A stretch of DNA of 64,000 nucleotides from Rhabdothermincola salaria (GCF_021246445.1 NZ_JAJQXW010000005.1:1-64000); one strand, 5' to 3'. Shown: positions 45,881-55,297, numbered from the stretch's first letter. Made by a program: numbers and translations. The notes: a model not told the origin generated them from the sequence alone.

Positions 45881-46675
45881 ATGCCGGACGACCTCTCCGA
45901 CTTCACCTGCACGCCGTTCCGTCACGAGGGCACCACCCGAGACGTCTACCGCAGCGGTACCGGCCCGGCCGTGATCGTGATGGCCGAGATCCCCGGCATC
46001 ACCCCGGCGGTGGCCGCCTTCTCCCGTCGGGTGCGCGACCTGGGCTGCACGGTGGTGCTGCCGGTGCTCTTCGGTGAGCCCGGCAAGGACCCGAGCGGCG
46101 TGTACATGGCCCGGTCACTCGTCCCAGCGTGCGTGTCGAAGGAGTTCGCCGCCTTCGCCACCGGCCGCACGGCGCCGGTCACCGACTGGCTGCGCGCGCT
46201 CGCCCGCGATGCCCACGCCGCCTGCGGGGGGCCGGGCGTCGGGGCGGTTGGCATGTGCTTCACCGGCGGGTTCGCGCTCGGGATGATGGCCGGGCCCGAG
46301 ATGATCGCCCCGGTGCTCTCGCAACCTTCGCTCCCCATCGGCTTCACCGGGTCGGCCAAGTCGTCGGTGCACCTCTCCGACGACGACCTGGCCCGGGTTC
46401 GCGAGCGGGTCGACGAAGGGGTGTGCGTGCTGGGGTTGCGCTTCACCAACGACCCGGTGGTGCCGGCCGAGCGCTTCGAACGGCTTCGTCGCGAGCTGGG
46501 TGACGGCTTCGTCGGGGTCGAGATCGACTCCTCCAAGGACAACCCGTGGGGCATCTCGACGCGGGCCCACTCGGTGCTCACCGAGCACCTCGTCGACCAG
46601 CCCGGGCACCCCACCCGCGAGGCGCTGGACCAGGTCCTGGACTTCTTCCGCGACCGCCTCCTGGCGTCGCAGTAG
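45881..46675 (+). CDS. Dienelactone hydrolase family protein
   Basis: EIPGITP, GMCFTGG nucleophile elbow, DP, AHSVLT. Confidence 0.88.
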   Translation: MPDDLSDFTCTPFRHEGTTRDVYRSGTGPAVIVMAEIPGITPAVAAFSRRVRDLGCTVVLPVLFGEPGKDPSGVYMARSLVPACVSKEFAAFATGRTAPVTDWLRALARDAHAACGGPGVGAVGMCFTGGFALGMMAGPEMIAPVLSQPSLPIGFTGSAKSSVHLSDDDLARVRERVDEGVCVLGLRFTNDPVVPAERFERLRRELGDGFVGVEIDSSKDNPWGISTRAHSVLTEHLVDQPGHPTREALDQVLDFFRDRLLASQ

Positions 46676-46685
46676 CGTCGCGGCC

Positions 46686-47093
46686 ATGCGGCTGATCCGT
46701 CGAGTGGTGCTCCTCCCCGCCGTGCTCGCCCTGGGCCTGGCACTGGGCGCCTGCGGTGGCGATGGTGACGGCGACGACAACGGCAACGACGAGGCCACGA
46801 CGACGACGGCGGAGCCCTCGGCCTCGAGCACCACGGCGGCGCCCTCGACGACCGCGGCACCGAGCTCCACCGCTGCGCCCTCAAGCACGGCGCCCCCCAC
46901 CTCCGAGGCGGGGTTGTCGCCGGGCGACCCCTGCGCGCTGGGCTCCGATCCCGACTGCATCGATCCGCTGGGCACCGGTGAGGGCACCTACCTCATCGGG
47001 GGCGCCGACTGCCTCGCCGCCTTCGCCGACTCGCCCACCCTCTGCGAGGACCTCGACGGCGACGGCTACGCCGGCTACCCCGACTCCGGCTGA
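46686..47093 (+). CDS. Putative lipoprotein
   Basis: Signal peptide with lipobox LGAC, Ser/Thr/Ala/Pro linker, small 4-Cys C-terminal domain with DLDGDG. Confidence 0.8.
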   Translation: MRLIRRVVLLPAVLALGLALGACGGDGDGDDNGNDEATTTTAEPSASSTTAAPSTTAAPSSTAAPSSTAPPTSEAGLSPGDPCALGSDPDCIDPLGTGEGTYLIGGADCLAAFADSPTLCEDLDGDGYAGYPDSG

Positions 47094-47122
47094 GGGCCGT
47101 CGTTCCGGTCGGTCGCCGTCGG

Positions 47123-47635
47123 TCAGTCCTCGATGACGTCGAGGCCCTTGGCTCGGAGGTCGGCGAGGTTGTCGAGCATGGCTTGCAGGACTTCGGGCGG
47201 GTGGCCTTCCCACCGCTCGAGCTCACCGACGATCCGCACCGGGTGGGGGCTGCGGTAGGACCGGGTGACGTTGCCCGGGAAGCGCTTGTTCGTGACGTTG
47301 GGGTCGTCCTCGAACGGGCCCGTCGGCTCGACGACGTAGATGCGCTCGCGTCCCTCGCCGTCGCCGAACGCCACCGCCAGCTCGGCGCCCCAGATGGCCG
47401 GCTCGAGCAACGCTGCGAAGTAGACGTGGTTGGCCACGCGGCCCTCGTGGTAGTTGGACGATCGCCCGGGCACCAGCTCGTCACCGACCGCGAACTCGGC
47501 CCTGGTGCCGTGGAAGAACGGCCCCTCCACGTGCTCGTGGCTGTCGAAGGTGACCGGCACGTGCTCGGTGCCGGCCGATGCCTCGATCGCTTCGGCGATG
47601 GACATCAGGTGTGCTGGCCGCTGGTCGTCCGCCAC
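47123..47635 (-). CDS. arr: NAD+--rifampin ADP-ribosyltransferase
   Basis: PFFHGT, PG..SNY, HVYF, WGAELA, YVVEPTGPFEDDPNVTNKRFPGN.TRSYRS; start uncertain (47635 or 47605). Confidence 0.93.
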   Translation of the reverse strand: MADDQRPAHLMSIAEAIEASAGTEHVPVTFDSHEHVEGPFFHGTRAEFAVGDELVPGRSSNYHEGRVANHVYFAALLEPAIWGAELAVAFGDGEGRERIYVVEPTGPFEDDPNVTNKRFPGNVTRSYRSPHPVRIVGELERWEGHPPEVLQAMLDNLADLRAKGLDVIED

Positions 47636-47717
47636 GGTCCCTCCAGTTGTGATCCGCCGGTGCTCGCCGCTCGTCCGGTCGAGGGCGACCGGACCGGGAG
47701 GCGGGTCTCAGATCATC

Positions 47718-48506
47718 TCAGAGGTCGGGGATGCCCATCTCGAGGTTGGAGCCCTCGATGCCGCCGTCGACGCGGATGTCGCGGCCGGTGACGTAGGAGC
47801 CGGCCTCCGAGGAGAGGAAGACGGCAGCGGCGGCGATGTCGTCGACCGTGCCGAGGCGCCCCAGGGGCGTGCCGTCGATCATGGCCTGTTCGAGCTCGGG
47901 CATCTGCAGCACCATGTCGAGCGCCGAGGTGGCGATCGATCCGGGCGACACCGAGTTGACCCGGATCTTGGGGGCCAGGTCTTGGGCCATGTGGCGGGTG
48001 AGCTTCATGAGGGCGCCCTTGGCCGTGCCGTAGGCGGTGAAGCCACGGTCGGCGAACGACCCCGCCACCGAGGTGATGTTCAGGATGGAGCCGCCGCCCT
48101 GCTCGAGCAGGTGGGGCACCGCCAGCTGCGAGAGGTTGAAGGCGGTGGTGACGTTCCAGCGCAGGGCGTGGTCGAAGGCCTTCTCGGTGGTGTCCATGAA
48201 CGGCTGGGGCATGGAGCCGCCGGCGTTGTTCACCACGATGTCGATGCGGCCGAGCTCGCTGATGGCGGTGTCGACGAGGGTGCCCATCGCCTCTCGGGTG
48301 CTCAGGTCGCCCGGAACGACCACCGCCCGGCGGCCGAGGGCCTCGACCTGGTCGGCGACCTCGCGGAGCTGCTCCTCGGTGCGCGCGCCGATCACCACGT
48401 CGGCGCCGACCTCGGCGAAGGCGGTGGCGATGCGGGCGCCGATGCCGCGGCCGGCCGCGGTGACGATCGCGACCTTGCCATCGAGACGGAACAGATCGAG
48501 GATCAC
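47718..48506 (-). CDS. SDR family oxidoreductase
   Basis: TAAGRGIG, VNNAGG, YGTAK, TPLGRLG. Confidence 0.92.
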   Translation of the reverse strand: MILDLFRLDGKVAIVTAAGRGIGARIATAFAEVGADVVIGARTEEQLREVADQVEALGRRAVVVPGDLSTREAMGTLVDTAISELGRIDIVVNNAGGSMPQPFMDTTEKAFDHALRWNVTTAFNLSQLAVPHLLEQGGGSILNITSVAGSFADRGFTAYGTAKGALMKLTRHMAQDLAPKIRVNSVSPGSIATSALDMVLQMPELEQAMIDGTPLGRLGTVDDIAAAAVFLSSEAGSYVTGRDIRVDGGIEGSNLEMGIPDL

Positions 48507-48671
48507 TGGTTCTTCCCCCTTGTCGGCCCGCCGGGTGCGGGCCTGCGAACCCCGGCGACGCTAGCTGCCTGGGAGCGGGTCCCGAGGGGCTGGAGGGCCC
48601 GGTCGAGCCTGCCGCGAGCGGCCCCGGTGCCGGGCGAGGCCGTCACAGGCCACCGGTAGGGTGGGCGCGCC

Positions 48672-51600
48672 ATGTCGGACGACCTGCTCTCCGGGCTGAA
48701 CCCGGTCCAACACGAGGCGGTGACCCACACCGAGGGCCCGCTGCTCATCGTGGCCGGGGCCGGCTCGGGCAAGACGCGCGTCCTCACCCACCGCATCGCC
48801 CATCTCATCCGCGACCTCGGTGTGTCCCCGTTCGAGATCCTGGCCATCACCTTCACCAACAAGGCCGCCGACGAGATGAAGCACCGGGTGGCCGAGCTGG
48901 TCGGGCCGGTCGCCGAGAAGATGTGGGTCTCCACATTCCACTCGGCGTGCGTGCGCATCCTGCGGCGCGACGGCCACCTGCTGGGCTTCCCGTCGTCATT
49001 CACCATCTACGACCAGGCCGACGCCGTGCGCCTCGCCGGCTACGTCATCCGTGACCTGGGCCTCGACTCGAAGCGCTTCCCTCCCCGGTCGGTGCAGGCG
49101 ATCATCTCGGCGGCCAAGAACGACGGGGTGGGGCCCGTCGAGTACGCCGAGCGGGCCAAGGTGATCTTCGAGCGCAAGATCGCCGACGTCTTCACCGAGT
49201 ACCAGGCCCGCCTGCTCAAGGCCGGCGCCATGGACTTCGACGACCTGTTGGCCAACGCGGTGCGCCTGCTGCGCGAGCACCCCGAGGTGCTGGAGCACTA
49301 CCGGCGCCGCTTCCAGCACGTGCTGGTCGACGAGTACCAGGACACCAACCGGGTGCAGAACGACCTGGTGCTGCTGCTCACCCAGGAGTCCGGTCGGGTC
49401 TGCGTGGTGGGCGATGCCGACCAGTGCCTCCCCGCCGGCACCATGGTGCGCACGCCGACCGGCGAGGTCCCCGTAGAGCAGGTGAGGGTCGGCGACGAGG
49501 TGCTCGGCGCAGACGGTGGCCTCGAACCCGCTGTCGGGCGGGTGCGTGAGGTCGTGCCGGGCCGCTACAAGGGCACCATCGTGACCGTCCACGCGGGCGG
49601 TCGCACCCTCACGGGTACGCCCCACCACATCGTCCCCGCTCGGATGACGCTGAATCCGGGGCAGTGGGTCGTCTACCTCATGCACCGCGCCGACCGCGGC
49701 TGGCGTATCGGCCAGTGCAAGAGCGTCCGCTCCGATGATCGCGGCAACGCGGCCATCGGCGTGCGGGTCCGCGCCAACCAGGAAGGTGCCGACGCCGTCT
49801 GGGTGCTCCAGGTCTGCGACAGTCCCGCGGAGGCGTCGTACTGGGAGGCTCGCTTCGCCGCCGACTACGGGCTGCCGACGGCATGCTTCCACGGGATCGG
49901 GCGGCGGCTCTCCATGGACGAGGAGTGGCTCGAGCGGCTCTACGCCACGCTCGACACCGAGTCCCGAGCAAAGCAGTTGATGAGCGAGCTGCACCTCCAT
50001 CCGGAGTTCCCTCACCACCGCCCCCAGAACGGCGCCCGGCGGGCCACCGTGAACCTCACCATGTTCTCGGACCGACGTCGCTCGCGTGCCGGTCATCGGG
50101 TGCAGTGGTCATCCAACCGGGAGGCGGTCGCCGACCTCCTCCGCGCCGGCGGCCTCGCGGTGCGGCCGGGTCGGCTCCCTGGCACCGCTCGCTTCGAGAC
50201 CAGCCGCACCGACTATGTGGAGGCGGTCGAGCTTGCCCGCCGCGTCGCCGATGCGGGAGGTCTCGCCGTGCGTCGTCGGATGCTCATCGACGGCGAGGTG
50301 TACGACTTCACCCCGCTGGCCCACCTCCGACCCGGCATGGTCCTGCTGGCCGAGGGTGCCAACGGCTGGGAGGAGGTCGCCGTCGACGAGGTGGTCTTCG
50401 ATCACCACGACGGCCCGGTCTACGACCTCGAAGTGGCTGCGACGTACTCGTACGCAGCCAACGGGATCCTCAACAAGAACTCCATCTACAAGTTCCGCGG
50501 GGCGGACATGCGCAACATCGTGGACTTCGAGGATGCCTTCCCCGAGGTCACGGTGGTGCTGCTCGAGCAGAACTACCGGTCGAGCCAGACCATCCTCGAC
50601 GCCGCCAACGCGGTCATCGCCAACAACCTGGGGCGCAAGCCCAAGGAGCTGTGGACGGAGGCCGGGGCGGGCGAGGCGATCGTGCGCTACCACGCCGACG
50701 ACGAGGGCGACGAGGCCCAGTGGGTGGCCCACCAGCTCATGCACCTCCACGACGGCGGCCAGCACCGCTGGGGCGACTGTGCGGTCTTCTACCGCACCAA
50801 CGCCCAGAGCCGGGTCGTCGAGGAGTACCTCATGCGGGTGGGCATCCCCTACAAGGTGGTGGGGGGCACCCGCTTCTACGACCGGCGTGAGGTCAAGGAC
50901 GCCATCGCCTACCTGCGCGCCGCCAACAACCCGGCCGACGAGGTCAGCGTCAAGCGGGTGCTCAACGTGCCCAAGCGGGGCGTGGGCGACTCCACCGTCG
51001 GCCGCCTCGACGTGTATGCCCGGGCCCACGGGCTCACGTTCCTCGACACGCTCCGCGAAGCACCGGCCGCCGGCGTCACCGGGCGCGCCGTGAAGGGCAT
51101 CGAGCAGTTCCTCGCCCTGCACGAAGAGCTCATCGGGCTCATCCCCGAGGGCCCGGCGGCGGTGCTGGAAGCCGCCCTCCAGCGCTCGGGCTACGTGGCC
51201 GAGCTCGAGGCCGAGCACTCCATCGAGGCCGAGGGGCGCATCGAGAACCTGGCCGAGTTGGTGGGCGCGGCGCGCGACTTCGGCTCGGTCGACGAGTTCC
51301 TCGAGCAGATCTCGCTGGTGGCCGACACCGACGACCTCGACGGCGACGAGTCGTCGGTCGTGCTCATGACCCTGCACTCGGCCAAGGGCCTCGAGTTCCC
51401 CGTGGTGTTCCTGGTCGGCCTCGAGGACGGCGTGTTCCCCCACCTGCGCTCCATCGGCGAGCCCGACGAGCTCGAGGAGGAGCGCCGCCTCGCCTACGTG
51501 GGCATCACCCGGGCCCGCGAGCGGCTGTACCTGTCCCACGCCTGGGCCCGCAACATCTACGGCGGCACCCAGTACAACCCGCCCAGCCGCTTCCTCGACG

Positions 51601-52025
51601 AGATCCCCGAGGGCCTGGTGCAACAGATCGAGGGCAACCGGCGGGCGTCGCGGCGACCGGCCAGCGGCAGCTGGGGGGGCTCCGGTTCGTCGGGCAGCAG
51701 GGGCTTCGGCGGCGGCGGGGGCGGCGGATACGGCCGTGGTCGCCGCTCAGAGGACGACGAGTGGACGGGGTCGGTGATCGGCGGCCGCAGCCGTCACCGC
51801 GACGACGTGGTCGAGGCCGCCCTCAAGCCGACCGCGCCCGAGCCCAGCGGTGCCGACAAGCTGGGCCTGGCCGTCGGCGACGACGTGCACCACCAGAGCT
51901 TCGGCGACGGTGTGATCACCGCCATCGAGGGCACGGGCGACAAGACCGTCGCCCACGTGCACTTCGCCGGCGGCGTCGGGTCCAAGCAGCTCCTGCTGTC
52001 GTGGGCGCCGCTCGAGAAGCGCTGA
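48672..52025 (+). CDS. pcrA: ATP-dependent DNA helicase PcrA/UvrD containing an intein
   Basis: AGAGSGKT, TFTNKAA, VDEYQDTN, LEQNYRS, YRTNAQSR, HSAKGLEF, EERRLAYVGITRA, C-terminal Tudor-like domain. Confidence 0.96.
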   Translation: MSDDLLSGLNPVQHEAVTHTEGPLLIVAGAGSGKTRVLTHRIAHLIRDLGVSPFEILAITFTNKAADEMKHRVAELVGPVAEKMWVSTFHSACVRILRRDGHLLGFPSSFTIYDQADAVRLAGYVIRDLGLDSKRFPPRSVQAIISAAKNDGVGPVEYAERAKVIFERKIADVFTEYQARLLKAGAMDFDDLLANAVRLLREHPEVLEHYRRRFQHVLVDEYQDTNRVQNDLVLLLTQESGRVCVVGDADQCLPAGTMVRTPTGEVPVEQVRVGDEVLGADGGLEPAVGRVREVVPGRYKGTIVTVHAGGRTLTGTPHHIVPARMTLNPGQWVVYLMHRADRGWRIGQCKSVRSDDRGNAAIGVRVRANQEGADAVWVLQVCDSPAEASYWEARFAADYGLPTACFHGIGRRLSMDEEWLERLYATLDTESRAKQLMSELHLHPEFPHHRPQNGARRATVNLTMFSDRRRSRAGHRVQWSSNREAVADLLRAGGLAVRPGRLPGTARFETSRTDYVEAVELARRVADAGGLAVRRRMLIDGEVYDFTPLAHLRPGMVLLAEGANGWEEVAVDEVVFDHHDGPVYDLEVAATYSYAANGILNKNSIYKFRGADMRNIVDFEDAFPEVTVVLLEQNYRSSQTILDAANAVIANNLGRKPKELWTEAGAGEAIVRYHADDEGDEAQWVAHQLMHLHDGGQHRWGDCAVFYRTNAQSRVVEEYLMRVGIPYKVVGGTRFYDRREVKDAIAYLRAANNPADEVSVKRVLNVPKRGVGDSTVGRLDVYARAHGLTFLDTLREAPAAGVTGRAVKGIEQFLALHEELIGLIPEGPAAVLEAALQRSGYVAELEAEHSIEAEGRIENLAELVGAARDFGSVDEFLEQISLVADTDDLDGDESSVVLMTLHSAKGLEFPVVFLVGLEDGVFPHLRSIGEPDELEEERRLAYVGITRARERLYLSHAWARNIYGGTQYNPPSRFLDEIPEGLVQQIEGNRRASRRPASGSWGGSGSSGSRGFGGGGGGGYGRGRRSEDDEWTGSVIGGRSRHRDDVVEAALKPTAPEPSGADKLGLAVGDDVHHQSFGDGVITAIEGTGDKTVAHVHFAGGVGSKQLLLSWAPLEKR
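49425..50480 (+). mobile_element. Intein (352 aa) in PcrA helicase motif III
   Basis: VGDADQ|CLPAGTMV...VGDEV...TPHH...VYDLEV...ANGILNKN|SIYKFRGA; removal restores the conserved DQSIY.FRGA. Confidence 0.95.
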
Positions 52026-52051
52026 GCGGCCTCTGACCTCGGACTCGGACC

Positions 52052-52498
52052 TCAGGCGTCGGACGGGGGACCGGTGAGGTCGGGCACGGTGAGGTTCCCG
52101 TCGCCGTCGAGCGGGAAGCCCGGGTTGTGGGCGATCTCCCACACGTGCCCGTCGAGGTCGCGGAAGCAGCCGGCGTAGCCGCCGTAGAACGTGGTCCTGG
52201 GGGCGCGGGTGACCGTGGCGCCCGCGGATGCTGCGCTGGTCACGACGTCGTCGACCTCCTCGGCCGAGCGCACGTTGTGGGCCAGGGCCACGCCGGAGAA
52301 GCTGGCGCCGGTGTCGCCGTCGATCCCGGCATCCTCGGCGAGCCGCTGCCTGTCCCAGAGCACGATCGCCTGGCCGTTGGCCTGGAAGAAGACGGTCTCG
52401 TCGACCTCCTGCCCCTGCCACCCGAGCTGCTCGTAGAAGCGTCGGGCCCGTGCCACGTCCCGCACGCCGAGGGTGATGAGGCTCACACGCTGCTCCAT
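52052..52498 (-). CDS. VOC/glyoxalase family protein
   Basis: SLITLGV.D...RRFYE.LGW, LAHNV, FRDLDGHVWEIAHNP. Confidence 0.92.
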   Translation of the reverse strand: MEQRVSLITLGVRDVARARRFYEQLGWQGQEVDETVFFQANGQAIVLWDRQRLAEDAGIDGDTGASFSGVALAHNVRSAEEVDDVVTSAASAGATVTRAPRTTFYGGYAGCFRDLDGHVWEIAHNPGFPLDGDGNLTVPDLTGPPSDA

Positions 52499-52848
52499 GT
52501 CCCGAGGCTAGGAGGTCGTGGGCTCCACACCGGGAGGGTGGGGTGCCGGTGCTCAGGCCGCGGCGGGGGCCAGGGGCCGGCCGATCGTCCACCGGATGGA
52601 GTCGGGTGGTCTGCGGCACGGCCCGTCCGAAACGCGTGTGGCCGTCTCCGCAGGACTGTCGGTCGCTGCGCAGCGACGCTCCCGGTGCGGGGGGGGGTCA
52701 GGACACGACGCGTGCGCGCATCTGCGCAGGCGCCGGTGGCGTCGGCCGATGTGACGGGTTCCAGGCCGGGCAGATGTGGGCCGGCGGGCCACGCATCGCC
52801 GGTCTGAACTCGAACGCGAATATCCATATGAAACGTGTTGATTCTGGG

Positions 52849-52876
52849 TGGACATCGAACACCTGTCCTGTAGACT
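52849..52876 (+). promoter_or_regulatory. Putative promoter of the DUF222-HNH gene with partial SOS-box-like site in the spacer
   Basis: TGGACA-TCGAACACCTGTCCTG-TAGACT, 7 nt before ATG 52884. Confidence 0.5.
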
Positions 52877-52883
52877 TCGACGC

Positions 52884-54863
52884 ATGGTCACCACGACGCT
52901 GGGGGAACTGGAGGAGGCGGTCGGCGAGCTGACCGTGGCCCCGGTGTCGGCCGACGTGGTCGAACTGTTCGCCCTGCGCGAACGGGTCGAGGTGACCGTG
53001 CTCGAGACCCTGACCGGGTTCTTCGCCACTGGTGGTCACGACGTCGACGGGTACCGCTCCGCGGTGGGTTGGCTGAAGGCCCACGTGGCGCTCACCGACG
53101 GTGAGGCCAAAGCATTGGCGGCCCGGGCCCAGCGGTTGGCGGTGTGGCCGGTGCTGGCCAAGTTGCTGTTCGACGGGTCGCTTGCCGCCGCGCAGGTGGC
53201 GGTCATCGTGTCCGCCGTGCCCCGCGATCTGGTCGACGTGTTCGCCGCGCATGACGAGGAGCTCTCGCCGGTGCTGGTCGGGTTGTGCGTGGGTGACACC
53301 CGCACCGCCATCGACACCTGGGTGAACCTCGCCCGCGACACCAAAGCCACCAGTGACGAGCCGGTCGATCCGCACGACACGACCGTCGATGGGTTCGTGC
53401 ACCTGTCTCGCTACGGGTCCGATGATCGGGGGCGGCTCGACGGCGACCTCGGCCCGGACGCCACCGCCGTCATCGACGCCGCGCTGACCGCCGCCGACGC
53501 CGCCCTCACCGCAGCTCGCGCCGCGGATGGCCATGGTCGCGTTGCCCACCGAGTGAGGTCCGAACGGCTCGGCGATGCGCTGGTCGAGGTGTGCCGCTTC
53601 TACACCGCCCACGTCGACTGCGAGGGGCCCCGCCGGGCCCGCACCCCCCAGCTCACGGCCCTCATGGAGCTCGGTGACCTGTACCGCGCCGCCCTCTACG
53701 GGCTGGGTATCGGTGACCGGGCCGGTCTCGACCGGTTCTTGACCGCCCGCCGCCACGCCGGGCAGCCGGTCTCGACGGTCGAGGAAGGGTTCCTGCGTCA
53801 CGCCCTCGATCACGCCACCGGGCAGGCCACCACCATCGACGGCCACCGCCTGTCCCCCGAGGCGGTCACCACCATCTTCGGGGCCGGCACCACCCTCGAG
53901 CGGGTCATGCTCGCGGAGAGCCAGGTGTTGGACCACGGCCGACAAGTGCGCCTCGCCGCCGGACCGCTGCGTGATGCGATGCTCGCCCGCGACGGCGGCT
54001 GCCGGTTCCCCACCCCCACCGGAGAACGATGCGACGCACCCGTCGCCTGGATCAACGGCCACCACATCACCCACTGGAAACGCGGTGGTGCCACCTCACT
54101 GGTGAACCTCCTCTGCCTGTGCTCCACCCACCACGGGGTCGTGCACCGCGACGGCTGGGACATCACCATCGACGACCACGGGACGGTCACCGTCACCCGA
54201 CCCGACGGCACCACCCTCACCAGCCCACCACCCCACACCCGCCGCCCACCCCGCCTCCCCCTCCACCGCAACGACGACCACCCCGGCACCCTCGATCACG
54301 CCGGGACCCTCGACGCCGCCCTCGCGAACAACGGCGCCACCGGCGCCGAACAGGACAGGCCCGACGACCGAGTCGCCGGACCGAGCCCCACCGACGAGCA
54401 GGCCACGACGAGCCGAGGCGAGAGCGCCGACGACCAGGGCGAGCCCGGGCCGGGAGCTTGCCGCTCAGACGACGGCGACGCAGACCCGGGCGTCTGCGGC
54501 TACGACCAGGCCCGGCTCACGCTCACCCTCCGGCTCCCGGAACCGGAGAGGAGCGGCCATGGTGCTCCGTCGGGTGGGCACGTCAGGTGCGGCAGGACGA
54601 ATCGCGCCGGGAGCACGCCGCTGTGTCGGTCGGGCCGGAGCTACTCCCCGGTGTCGGTGCTGCTGTCGCCGGATTCGTCACCTTCAGCGTCGGTCGTCTC
54701 GGTGTCGTCGGGGTTGAGGTCGACGACCACCTCGCCGTTCTCGGTGACCTCCACCGGGTACGAGATCAACCCCTCGCCGTCGGCGGGCACCACCGTGCCG
54801 TCGCAGGGATCGACGAACTCGGCCTCGGCGTCCTGCCACTCGAGGGTGCAGTCCCGGGACTGA
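52884..54863 (+). CDS. DUF222 / 13E12-like protein with HNH endonuclease domain
   Basis: DGYRS..GWL, GRLDG.L, RLGDALVE, RDGGCRFP..C...HHITHW..GG.T...NL..LC..HH..VH; 3' tail doubtful. Confidence 0.85.
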   Translation: MVTTTLGELEEAVGELTVAPVSADVVELFALRERVEVTVLETLTGFFATGGHDVDGYRSAVGWLKAHVALTDGEAKALAARAQRLAVWPVLAKLLFDGSLAAAQVAVIVSAVPRDLVDVFAAHDEELSPVLVGLCVGDTRTAIDTWVNLARDTKATSDEPVDPHDTTVDGFVHLSRYGSDDRGRLDGDLGPDATAVIDAALTAADAALTAARAADGHGRVAHRVRSERLGDALVEVCRFYTAHVDCEGPRRARTPQLTALMELGDLYRAALYGLGIGDRAGLDRFLTARRHAGQPVSTVEEGFLRHALDHATGQATTIDGHRLSPEAVTTIFGAGTTLERVMLAESQVLDHGRQVRLAAGPLRDAMLARDGGCRFPTPTGERCDAPVAWINGHHITHWKRGGATSLVNLLCLCSTHHGVVHRDGWDITIDDHGTVTVTRPDGTTLTSPPPHTRRPPRLPLHRNDDHPGTLDHAGTLDAALANNGATGAEQDRPDDRVAGPSPTDEQATTSRGESADDQGEPGPGACRSDDGDADPGVCGYDQARLTLTLRLPEPERSGHGAPSGGHVRCGRTNRAGSTPLCRSGRSYSPVSVLLSPDSSPSASVVSVSSGLRSTTTSPFSVTSTGYEINPSPSAGTTVPSQGSTNSASASCHSRVQSRD

Positions 54864-55183
54864 CCCGGTCGGCGGGCGTCGAAGGCCAGCCAGTCCTCGT
54901 CCTCCTCCGCGCCCAGGTGCTGCAGGTAGATGTCGCGCTGGCCGTTGGCCACGTCGGGGAGCAGCAGTGGCCCACCTTCGTCGACCGCCGGGGCCAGGCG
55001 GGACACGTTGCCGGCGGTGAAGCGGTCGTCACCCAGGTTCACCTGCACCGAGTCGGACTCGGTGAGCGAGGGGATGGCCAGGACGAACACCACGATGACC
55101 AGGGCGATCCCGAGCACGATGCCGCCGACGGCGATGACCATCGAGCGCGGGTTGCGCGCCGGGCGCTGCTGGACGGGGCTCAT
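54641..55183 (-). CDS. Membrane-anchored hypothetical protein with degenerate Rieske-like domain
   Basis: One N-terminal TM helix; AFDA....C.LEW....FVDPCDG...ADG..L.SYPV.V..GEVVVD. Confidence 0.75.
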   Translation of the reverse strand: MSPVQQRPARNPRSMVIAVGGIVLGIALVIVVFVLAIPSLTESDSVQVNLGDDRFTAGNVSRLAPAVDEGGPLLLPDVANGQRDIYLQHLGAEEDEDWLAFDARRPGQSRDCTLEWQDAEAEFVDPCDGTVVPADGEGLISYPVEVTENGEVVVDLNPDDTETTDAEGDESGDSSTDTGE

Positions 55184-55297
55184 GGGGTGCCAGTATCCCC
55201 GCGTCGACCGATGGGCCACACATCGGGCCCGGTCGGGCGCACGACCTGTCGACGACGTTTGGGCCGCTCACCGGCCCGGTGACTACGTTGTCCCCTC

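Noticed and set aside
52884..54863. Cas9/IscB-like RNA-guided nuclease
   Set aside because: The HNH motif is present, but no RuvC motifs, PLMP motif or bridge helix were seen; it fits the DUF222-HNH family
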